This document shows, one piece after another, positions 8,636-15,910 of a stretch of DNA of 16,081 bases (its first letter is position 1; every line of letters starts with the position of its first letter). A program made the position numbers and the translations under genes. Source of the DNA: Pseudomonadota bacterium (GTDB taxonomy: Bacteria; Myxococcota; JACRCW01; JAFGSX01); assembly GCA_043821645.1 (NCBI GenBank), contig JBDRCO010000116.1, forward strand, positions 1 to 16,081, written 5' to 3'. The notes under the pieces were generated by a model. That model was not told the DNA's origin. It saw only the letters and a program-made list of their open reading frames with translations, and did not search any database.

Positions 8636-9534
8636 TCGTGGCCTCGCTGGATCGCACACGTGGCGGCGTCCTGCTGGTGGATAAACCCCGCGGTCCGACC
8701 TCTCACGACGTGGTGCGCCAGGTCCGGCGCCTGTTGCAGGAGCGCAGCGTCGGACACTGTGGCACCCTGGATCCGCTCGCGAGCGGCCTGCTGGTGCTGG
8801 TGGTGGGGCAGAGCACGCGCCTGGCCAGCCACGCCAGCGACGAGGACAAGGTCTACCACTGCACCTGCCAGCTCGGCCTGACCACGGACAGCGACGATGT
8901 GGATGGCGAGGTCCTTGAACGGCACGACGCCAGCGCGGTGCGTGACGACGCGATCGAGGCCGCCCTCGGCAGCCTACGCGGCCTCATCCAGCAGGTCCCA
9001 CCCAGCTACAGCGCGGTGCACGTCGACGGTGAACGTGCCCATGCGCGGTCCCGTCGTGGCGAGAAGGTGCAGCTGGCAGCGCGCGAGATCCAGGTGCACC
9101 GTCTGGTCTGTGTGGCGCGGCGTGACGACGAGGTGGAACTCGAGATCGCGGTCAGCAAGGGTGGCTATGTGCGTTCCCTGGTGCGCGACCTCGGGCAGAT
9201 CCTGGGATGCGGTGCCACGGTGAGCGCTCTGCGTCGCCTGCGCGCAGGTCACCTCGATGTCGCCGACGCCTGCACCCTTGACAGCCTCGATGCCACGAGC
9301 ACCTGGAACCAGGTTTTGCCGCCACAGCGCCTGTTTTCTCCTGAACGTTGCCTCACGGTGGACACCGTCACGGCCGCGTTGCTGGAGAAGCATGCGACGG
9401 CGCCCTGGACCGGTCCCGGGCCACGGGGTGCCTCGCCCTGGTTCGCGATGACGGTCAACGACGTGGTGGGTGTCGTCGAGGCCTCGGCTGGGGAGCTGCG
9501 ACTGAGGCGGGGATTCCCCGCACGCGATCACTGA
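8632..9534 (+). CDS. truB: tRNA pseudouridine(55) synthase TruB
   Basis: VDKPRGPTSHDVV, GHCGTLDPLASGLL (catalytic Asp), KVY, QVPPSYSAV, SKGGYVRSLVRDLG, LRR. ATGA overlap with the nrnA stop. Confidence 0.96.
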   Translation: MIVASLDRTRGGVLLVDKPRGPTSHDVVRQVRRLLQERSVGHCGTLDPLASGLLVLVVGQSTRLASHASDEDKVYHCTCQLGLTTDSDDVDGEVLERHDASAVRDDAIEAALGSLRGLIQQVPPSYSAVHVDGERAHARSRRGEKVQLAAREIQVHRLVCVARRDDEVELEIAVSKGGYVRSLVRDLGQILGCGATVSALRRLRAGHLDVADACTLDSLDATSTWNQVLPPQRLFSPERCLTVDTVTAALLEKHATAPWTGPGPRGASPWFAMTVNDVVGVVEASAGELRLRRGFPARDH

Positions 9535-10835
9535 GCGGGCGGTACTGCGGGGACCTCGTCTCGCAGACGGACAAGAAGTACCTCGTCATCTTGGGTGCCC
9601 GTGCTGGCCAGGGTTCCAGCCTCGCGGTCGTAGACCAGGGCCTCGCCGGAGTACGGATCCACCGGTACCTCGGGAAGAACTTCGGGCACGAGATCTCCCA
9701 ACGATGCGGGATAGCTGCCTGCATGCTGCTGCAGGAAGGCCAGCATGCCGAGGCGCAGGCCAAGCAAGGCGCGCCGTGCCCGGACCCTGTCGCTGCGTGC
9801 GAGCGTGTTGTCCATGCTGGGCTCGCCGATATCGAGCAGCACGCGGCCCACGGGATTGTCGACGAAAACGCCCGGCGACCAGGTCTTGCCCTGGAACAGC
9901 GGCTCATGGTGCACAGTGAGGCGGGCGGAGCCTGGCTTGAGCCATTCGGCCAGGCGCCGCCGGCAACGGTATCGCGTCATGGCTACGGTCTTGTCGACGT
10001 CGAAGAACCACGAGCTTCCTGTCCCTTCGGTGCTGGCCTCACCCTGGCGCTGCAACTCACCCGTGCTTCGCAGCAGCTCCCAGGTGGACAGGCCGCCGAA
10101 GCGCCGCCACATGCGTTCTTGGGCGTCGCACTCGAGAGCCAGCGAGGCCACCATCCCTGGAGGGAGGGAAGACGCCCGGATCAATGCCTGCCCCAGAGGC
10201 AGCCAGGTGTCGCCTGGCCACTCCGGGTGTGCGGCCAGGATCTCGCCGGTTTCGTCGACCAGGCCGTCCTGGAGGCTGAGCCCGACCATGGTCAGCAACA
10301 AGCTGCCACTGGCCTGCTCGAGCAGGACTCCCAGTCGTAGCACCAGCTCGAGGTCGTCGCGGGCACCCTCCGGGTCGCCCTGGGACGCCTTGAACCAGGC
10401 CCTGAGCAAGGCCAGCCTGCCGAGCTGCAAGAAGGGAATGACGGGGGGCAGGAGATCGTCCATCTCCACGTGCGGCGACTTCATGCCACCGCGCGCGACA
10501 AGGGCCTGCAGGTCATCGAGGGATCGGGCATGCTCCTTCCATCGGGGCAGGGCATCGGCGGGCGGCGAACCCAGTGCGGTGATCGCGGGTGAGACCCATG
10601 CCAGGTCCACGTCCTTGAGCGTGGCGCCAAGGGCCAGGAAGGCATTCCAGGCGCCGTCGTCCACGGCCAGGGGCGGCTCGGGGACGATGACGGGTGGCGT
10701 CCCCACAGGCCACATCTGGGATTCGCGCCGGGCAGACACGAACAGCAGGATCAGACCCACCAGAGCAAGCGCCAGCACCCCACCCGCCACGAGGCGGAGA
10801 GGGCTGCTACAGGATCCCTTCGACGTCGTCACCAT
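9528..10835 (-). CDS. Hypothetical membrane-anchored protein with a helical body and a C-terminal GspG/pseudopilin-like motif
   Basis: 435 aa from ATG 10835, preceded by purine-rich GAGGAGG...GGGTGAAGG. TM segment LVAGGVLALALVGLILLFVSA (10731-10793). C-terminal LAFLQQHAGSYPASLGDLVPEVLPEVPVDPYSGEALVY. The ORF-track start at 11003 runs through the divergent promoter region and is less likely. Confidence 0.8.
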   Translation of the reverse strand: MVTTSKGSCSSPLRLVAGGVLALALVGLILLFVSARRESQMWPVGTPPVIVPEPPLAVDDGAWNAFLALGATLKDVDLAWVSPAITALGSPPADALPRWKEHARSLDDLQALVARGGMKSPHVEMDDLLPPVIPFLQLGRLALLRAWFKASQGDPEGARDDLELVLRLGVLLEQASGSLLLTMVGLSLQDGLVDETGEILAAHPEWPGDTWLPLGQALIRASSLPPGMVASLALECDAQERMWRRFGGLSTWELLRSTGELQRQGEASTEGTGSSWFFDVDKTVAMTRYRCRRRLAEWLKPGSARLTVHHEPLFQGKTWSPGVFVDNPVGRVLLDIGEPSMDNTLARSDRVRARRALLGLRLGMLAFLQQHAGSYPASLGDLVPEVLPEVPVDPYSGEALVYDREAGTLASTGTQDDEVLLVRLRDEVPAVPPAQ

Positions 10836-10913
10836 GCCTTCACCCGGCCTCCTCGCTTCGCCGGATCCGTCCTCCGGGTCCTGCAAGCGCAGCGGACGCC
10901 CGGAAAATACCAC

Positions 10914-10941
10914 TTGCCAGACGCTGTGGGGCCTGTACTGT
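10914..10941 (+). promoter_or_regulatory. Candidate sigma70-type promoter for the RRM gene
   Basis: TTGCCA (10914-10919), 16-nt spacer, TACTGT (10936-10941), with A-rich GGAAAATAC just upstream. Same -35 hexamer as the rimP candidate. Confidence 0.5.
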
Positions 10942-11067
10942 GCGCGACATCTCGCCAAAGGGATCCCCTGTCGGGCTCCCACCACGTCGTCGGAATGATC
11001 CAAAACGTGAGACGAGAGAACAGCAAGCTGCCGAGGGGCAGCGCGACAAGACTGGAGTTTTTGGACG

Positions 11068-11355
11068 ATGTCGAAGAAGTTGTATGTTGGGGGGCTGGCC
11101 TGGGCGACGAACGATAGTGGTCTGCGTCAGGCATTCGAGCAGTTCGGTGAGGTTTCGGAGGCAGTGGTCGTGATGGACCGTGAGACCGGCCGCTCGCGCG
11201 GTTTCGGGTTCGTGACCTACAATGACGATGGCTCTGCCAACGAGGCCATGGAGCAGATGAACGGCACCGCCCTCGATGGTCGTACCATCAAGGTCAACGA
11301 GGCCAATGCGCGTCCGCCGCGCGGCAACAATGATCGGAATGAGTCCCGCTGGTAG
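11068..11355 (+). CDS. RNA-recognition-motif (RRM/RNP) RNA-binding protein
   Basis: RNP2 LYVGGL, RNP1 RGFGFVTY, DRETGRSRG, MNGTALDGRTIKVNEA. SD GGAG at 11054-11057. 95 aa with a short non-Gly-rich tail ending in RW. Confidence 0.97.
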   Translation: MSKKLYVGGLAWATNDSGLRQAFEQFGEVSEAVVVMDRETGRSRGFGFVTYNDDGSANEAMEQMNGTALDGRTIKVNEANARPPRGNNDRNESRW

Positions 11356-11377
11356 TCCAGCGCGATTGACATGATCG

Positions 11378-11409
11378 AAATGGCGCCCTTCGGGGCGCCA
11401 TTTTTTTTT
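11378..11409 (+). terminator. Rho-independent terminator of the RRM gene
   Basis: AAATGGCGCCC-TTCG-GGGCGCCATTT: an 11-bp perfect stem with a C(UUCG)G tetraloop and a T9 run at 11401-11409. Confidence 0.95.
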
Positions 11410-11662
11410 GGGGGGGGGAGGCGCAGGCCGGTATTCCTGCAAGGAGCGCCCGTCAGCCAGATCCTTTCTTTTCGGCGTGAACTCGACGCGCTCCCTGCCC
11501 CGAGCCAGACTGCCGCGGCCCCTCACTCCTCCTGCAACTCGGCGAGCCCTGAAATCCGGCCGCCCGGATCCTGTCCCTCGAGGTCACTCTGGTGCTGTCG
11601 ACGCGGTTGCGAGCGTGCAGCCAGCATCCGGACCGGGCCTTTTGTTTTTGCCCGAGACCTGA

Positions 11663-11688
11663 CACAACTTTGGTCCGTCCGGCACGTT
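11663..11688 (+). promoter_or_regulatory. Candidate ECF-sigma-type promoter
   Basis: CACAAC (AAC at 11666-11668), 16-nt spacer beginning TTT, CGTT (11685-11688). Matches the general ECF AAC-N16-CGT pattern and lies about 60 nt before the start of the large gene. Confidence 0.5.
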
Positions 11689-11749
11689 GGATCCACGGTC
11701 GTAGAGGTCTCAGTGGCCGGTGTTTTCCTAGTTGCGGGAGGGTGTACCC

Positions 11750-14700
11750 ATGAGTCAGGACAGCTCCGATCGTCGCATGTCCATGCCCTGGATCTGGCGT
11801 CGAGTGGCCATCGTGGCGGGCGTGGTCGCCGTGATCGCAGCCATCGCCGTGATGGCCCAGAAGCGTGATCGCCCGCGGCGTACCCAGGCCCTGGAGGCGC
11901 GTCTCGAACTCGCGGCTGGTGATGTGGCCATCCGTCGTGGCAACACCCGCGAACAACTCACCTCGGGTGCTGCACTGCTGCAAGATAGTACGCTGACCAC
12001 GGGCGAGGGCGCACGCGCCCTGGCGCGGCTAGCCGATGGATCCGCTGTGTTCCTGCGCGATCGCACGACCCTGAGCCTGCGGGCCGACGCGGTGCAGCTC
12101 GAGCAAGGCGAGATCTGGGTGGATGCACCCCCTAGCGAGCGTCGCGCCATGACGTACCAGGCCGGGAGCGTGAGCCTGGCTGCCGACGATGCCGGACTGT
12201 CCTTCAAGCGCGAGGGCGATCAGGTCACCCTCTACGTTGCCCGTGGTCTGGCCACGCTCACCGCGGAGGGCGGCCGGGTCGAGGTGCAAGCAGGCGAGCA
12301 GGCGAAGGTTCAGGGATCGGCTGCGCCCGAGGTGACACCGGTTGCCTTCTGGGTCGACTGGACTGGCGGCATGGGCGATCACCGACCGGTGAGCCACCTT
12401 GCGGGCTCTGGCTCGGGCCGCATCTATGGCGTGGACCTCTCGGATCGCAGCGGTACGGCGCCGCGTGAACTCGAGGTGAGCCGCCAGGCGGTGCGGGCTG
12501 TGATCCGGGACGGCCTTGCCGAGACCGAGGTGGACCAGACCTTCTTCAATCCCGGCCAGAACCCAGTGGAGGGCTGGTACTGGTTCACGGTGCCAGCGGG
12601 TGCCAGCGTCACGGGCTTCGAGCTCGAGACCAACGGGGTCCTGGTGCCCGCCGAACTCATCGAGCGCAACACTGCCGAGAAGCAGTACCACGGCGCAGCT
12701 CGGCGCGGCTTCGACCCGGCGCTGCTGGAGTGGATCGACGCACGTTCGTTCCGCGCGCGCATCTTCCCGGTGACCGCGGGTGGCACGCGGCGCGTGGTGC
12801 TGCGCTACATCGAGCTCATGCCCCTGACCGAGGGACGTCTGCGCTACCTGTATCCCCTGCAATCCGACCAGCCGCTGCGCATCGGAGAATTCTCGCTGAC
12901 CGTGGACCTGGGTGAGGCCGGCACAGAGATGAGCATCACCACACTGGCCGAGGCCAGGGTCGAACAGGGCGGTCGGCTGGTGACCATGCGCCGCTCGGGC
13001 TACACCCCGCGGGCGGATTTCTTGCTGGAGTCCAAGCCGCGGAACCTGCCCCCGGCGCTACGGGTGGCGCGTTTTGCCGCCCAGTCCGACACCGCGGACT
13101 ACCTGCTCGCGCGCTACACACCGCAGATCGACTGGGCGACCCAGAAGCCCAGCCCGGCCAGCGTGGTGCTGGTGGTGGACACCTCGGCGGCGGCCGACGA
13201 CGCGGCACGCCAGCTCAAGGCCGTCGCGGCCGAGGCCATCCTGCACGCGCTCAGCGCCGAAGATCAATTCGCTCTGGTGTCCCTGGACGTCAAACCCACG
13301 GTGCTGCACCCGGCGCAGGATCTGGCGCCGGCCGCAGAGGAACAGATCGCTCAAGCCCTGGAGCGTCTGGCGGATCACGCCAGCGGCGGCGCCACGGATC
13401 TTGCCGCACTCTTCGATGTGGCCCTGGCACGGCTGCACGCGGCCGAGCAGCCGGCCGTGATCTACGTCGGTGACGGCCTGGCCACCTCGGGCGAGATGAG
13501 TGGCGAACAGCTCAGCGAGCGACTGCGCCGTGCCCTCGATACCTCGCGCGCGCGCTTCTTCACCGTGGCGGTGGGGGGCGACGCGGACCACGCCACTCTT
13601 GCGGAGCTGGCCCGGGTCGGCGGAGGCCACGCCTACCGCATCGACAGTGCCGACGAGACCACCGAGCGCGCACTCAGCCTGGCTGCCGCCATCAAGGTCC
13701 CGACCATCACCGAATTCGACATCGATCTCGGCGCCGGTCTCGACGAGGTCTTCATCAGCGCCACCGGCAAGATCAGTCGCGGTGACGAGGTCACGGTGCT
13801 GGCGCGCACGCACCACGAGCTGCCCTCACGGGTCACCGTGCGCGGTCGTCTGGCCGGCAAGCCCTTCGAGCAGCAGGTCGCCGTGGCTCACGACCGCAGT
13901 GTGATCGGTGCCTTCGTGCCCCGGCTGTGGGCGGCCGAGAAGATGCGCCGTGTGCTCGGTCGCGCCACCGCGCCGGACGATGAGCGTGGGCGCATCATCA
14001 AGCTCGGCATCGAGTACGGCCTGATGACGCCTTTTACCAGCTTCCTCGCCCTCGAGAGTGAGGACGCCTACTACCAGATGGGAATCCCGCGCCGTCGCTC
14101 GCCACTGTGGGGTGTGCGCCTGGCGAAGCTGGCCCCGGAGCAGGAGAGCGATCTGATCATCGCGATGTACGGCGTCGCCGCGGCGGCCACCGGTCTGGGG
14201 TGCATGGGCTTGGATAGGGCGGAGTCTGCTCCCGCGGCCCCACCCGCCGATCCCGCGTTTGCGGAGGAGGTCAGCGTGAGGCAGCAGGCTGCGCCGGTGG
14301 TGGCCATGGCCAAGATGGCGGCCGAGACCATGGAGCCCATGCCCGAGGCCGCAGCCCGGAATGTCAGAATGGAGCAGGACCTGGCGATGGTCGGGGGCTC
14401 GCGCAGCGAAGGATTCAAGGATGCGCAGGCACCTGGTCGCGCCGGGGATGACTTTCATGCACAAAAGGGAGCTCCCCAGGTGGCGCAGGAGGAACGCAAG
14501 CGCGACAGCAGCAAACCTGTGCAAGCCCTGGCCGACTTCGGGCGGATCAGCGAACAGACCTGCAGCGACACCTCGCGCAGGCCCCTGGCGCAGCGCATCC
14601 TGCTGTGGCGGCAGCGCCTGGCCACGGCGAGAACAGCGCAGGACCTGCTCGCCCGCTATCGTGCGGCGCGCGCGGCCTGCGAGATTCCTGACTGGGGCAG

Positions 14701-15841
14701 CGAGTCGCTGTTTCTCCGCATGCTGGCGCGTCGCGTGACCTCGGAACAGGACGCAAGCGCGGTGCTCCTTGCTCTGGCCAGCGTGCCCGATACCCAGCGC
14801 TTCGTGGCGCGGGTGATCCTGCGCATCGCGGTGGAGCCGGCGGTGGCCAGTGCGGTGCAGCGTGCGTTGTTTGGCAACGCGGTGGACTGGCAGGCGGTGG
14901 ATCGCCGCCTCAGCGAGCTCGCGGATGCCGAGGCACGCGTGCGGGTGGTGCGGCAAGCCCTGGCCGGCGCTGCCGATGATCCCGGCGGCATCGTGCGTCT
15001 GGTTCGCGTGCTGGCCGAGGCCAACAGGCTGGACGAAGCCCTGGTGCACGGCCGACGTCTTCATGACCACGGCCTGATGACGCCACAGGTGGCGCGCGAA
15101 CTGGGCGACGTGCTGGCCCGGCACAAGCTGGAGCAGGAGGCCGTGCGGACCTACTCCGAGATCGTGGAGTTCGATGCGGGCAGTGCGGCGTCGCGGCGAC
15201 TGCTCGGCGACATTTATCTGGCCCATGGCTGGTACGATGAGGCTTACCGGCAGTATCGCGTGCTCACCGAGGTGGACTCCGGAGACGCCCTGGGCTGGCT
15301 GCGCCTGGCCGCAGCCGCCGCGGGAACCGGCCGTGTCGACGAGGCCCTGCGCCTGGAACGCAAGGTGATCCAGGCCGAGGGTAAGCCCGGACCGACCGAT
15401 CCTCGTCGCTGGGCGCGTCTGGCCTCGGCTGCGCGCCTCGCACACATGCTGGCGACGCCACCCGCGAGTGCCGGCGACAGCAAGGCCCTGACCGAATCGG
15501 TGACGCGCAAGCTCAAGCAGCTCGAGCTGTTCCGCGGCCCCAGCCATCTCCTGGTGGTGACCTGGGAGGATCTCGAGGCGGATCTCGCCCTGGATAGTGC
15601 ACTGCAGGGTGTGGCCACAGCCCTGGGTGAGGTCACCGACGCCAGCGCCAGTGGCCTGAGCGCCAGCTTGCTGGCCGAGTCCGAGCTGGAGGGCGCCTCG
15701 TTGGTGGCTCGTCTTCGCAGCGCTGCGCTGAACCGCGACGTCAAGCTGCGCCGGCACGACATCACCTGGGACGGCAAGCGCTTCGAGGTCCGGGTGAGCG
15801 ATCTCACCCTGCCAGCTGGTGCGGCACGGGTGGAGCTCTAG
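11750..15841 (+). CDS. Large membrane-anchored multidomain protein: FecR-like + VIT + vWA + low-complexity linker + helical/TPR + C-terminal beta domain
   Basis: 1363 aa from ATG 11750 after SD GGGAGG. TM VAIVAGVVAVIAAIAVMA. FecR-like TLTTGEGARALARLADGSAVFL...LEQGEIWVD...LYVARG...VQAGEQ (~11900-12315). VIT AETEVDQTFFN...EGWYWFTVPAGASVTGF...DPALLEW...FRARIFPV...VLRY (~12467-12820). vWA VVLVVDTS...GGATDL...IYVGDG...LAELARVGGG (~13160-13700). ITIH-like RLWA...YGLMTPFTSFLALE. TPR-like repeats (~14990-15375). Confidence 0.9.
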   Translation: MSQDSSDRRMSMPWIWRRVAIVAGVVAVIAAIAVMAQKRDRPRRTQALEARLELAAGDVAIRRGNTREQLTSGAALLQDSTLTTGEGARALARLADGSAVFLRDRTTLSLRADAVQLEQGEIWVDAPPSERRAMTYQAGSVSLAADDAGLSFKREGDQVTLYVARGLATLTAEGGRVEVQAGEQAKVQGSAAPEVTPVAFWVDWTGGMGDHRPVSHLAGSGSGRIYGVDLSDRSGTAPRELEVSRQAVRAVIRDGLAETEVDQTFFNPGQNPVEGWYWFTVPAGASVTGFELETNGVLVPAELIERNTAEKQYHGAARRGFDPALLEWIDARSFRARIFPVTAGGTRRVVLRYIELMPLTEGRLRYLYPLQSDQPLRIGEFSLTVDLGEAGTEMSITTLAEARVEQGGRLVTMRRSGYTPRADFLLESKPRNLPPALRVARFAAQSDTADYLLARYTPQIDWATQKPSPASVVLVVDTSAAADDAARQLKAVAAEAILHALSAEDQFALVSLDVKPTVLHPAQDLAPAAEEQIAQALERLADHASGGATDLAALFDVALARLHAAEQPAVIYVGDGLATSGEMSGEQLSERLRRALDTSRARFFTVAVGGDADHATLAELARVGGGHAYRIDSADETTERALSLAAAIKVPTITEFDIDLGAGLDEVFISATGKISRGDEVTVLARTHHELPSRVTVRGRLAGKPFEQQVAVAHDRSVIGAFVPRLWAAEKMRRVLGRATAPDDERGRIIKLGIEYGLMTPFTSFLALESEDAYYQMGIPRRRSPLWGVRLAKLAPEQESDLIIAMYGVAAAATGLGCMGLDRAESAPAAPPADPAFAEEVSVRQQAAPVVAMAKMAAETMEPMPEAAARNVRMEQDLAMVGGSRSEGFKDAQAPGRAGDDFHAQKGAPQVAQEERKRDSSKPVQALADFGRISEQTCSDTSRRPLAQRILLWRQRLATARTAQDLLARYRAARAACEIPDWGSESLFLRMLARRVTSEQDASAVLLALASVPDTQRFVARVILRIAVEPAVASAVQRALFGNAVDWQAVDRRLSELADAEARVRVVRQALAGAADDPGGIVRLVRVLAEANRLDEALVHGRRLHDHGLMTPQVARELGDVLARHKLEQEAVRTYSEIVEFDAGSAASRRLLGDIYLAHGWYDEAYRQYRVLTEVDSGDALGWLRLAAAAAGTGRVDEALRLERKVIQAEGKPGPTDPRRWARLASAARLAHMLATPPASAGDSKALTESVTRKLKQLELFRGPSHLLVVTWEDLEADLALDSALQGVATALGEVTDASASGLSASLLAESELEGASLVARLRSAALNRDVKLRRHDITWDGKRFEVRVSDLTLPAGAARVEL

Positions 15842-15910
15842 CCGCAGCCGAGCTGCTCGCTCCCTGTCCCGGGTTCTGTCCCACAGCGCGAGCCAGAGGG
15901 GGCTGACACC

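Noticed and set aside
9348..10998. 330-aa and 417-aa + strand ORFs
   Set aside because: Antisense to the 435-aa minus-strand gene, which has a TM segment and recognisable motif; their composition is shadow-like.
11366..11371. Perfect TTGACA -35 hexamer
   Set aside because: The matching -10 position falls in the GC-rich terminator loop/stem (TTCGGG), so there is no -10 element.
10840..11526. 228-aa minus-strand ORF with AGGAGG next to its GTG
   Set aside because: The SD is only 1 nt from the GTG. The frame crosses the terminator homopolymers and is antisense to the RRM gene.
11523..11627. 34-aa minus-strand sORF (MLAARSQPRRQHQSDLEGQDPGGRISGLAELQEE)
   Set aside because: No convincing SD or motif, and this length is expected by chance in GC-rich DNA.
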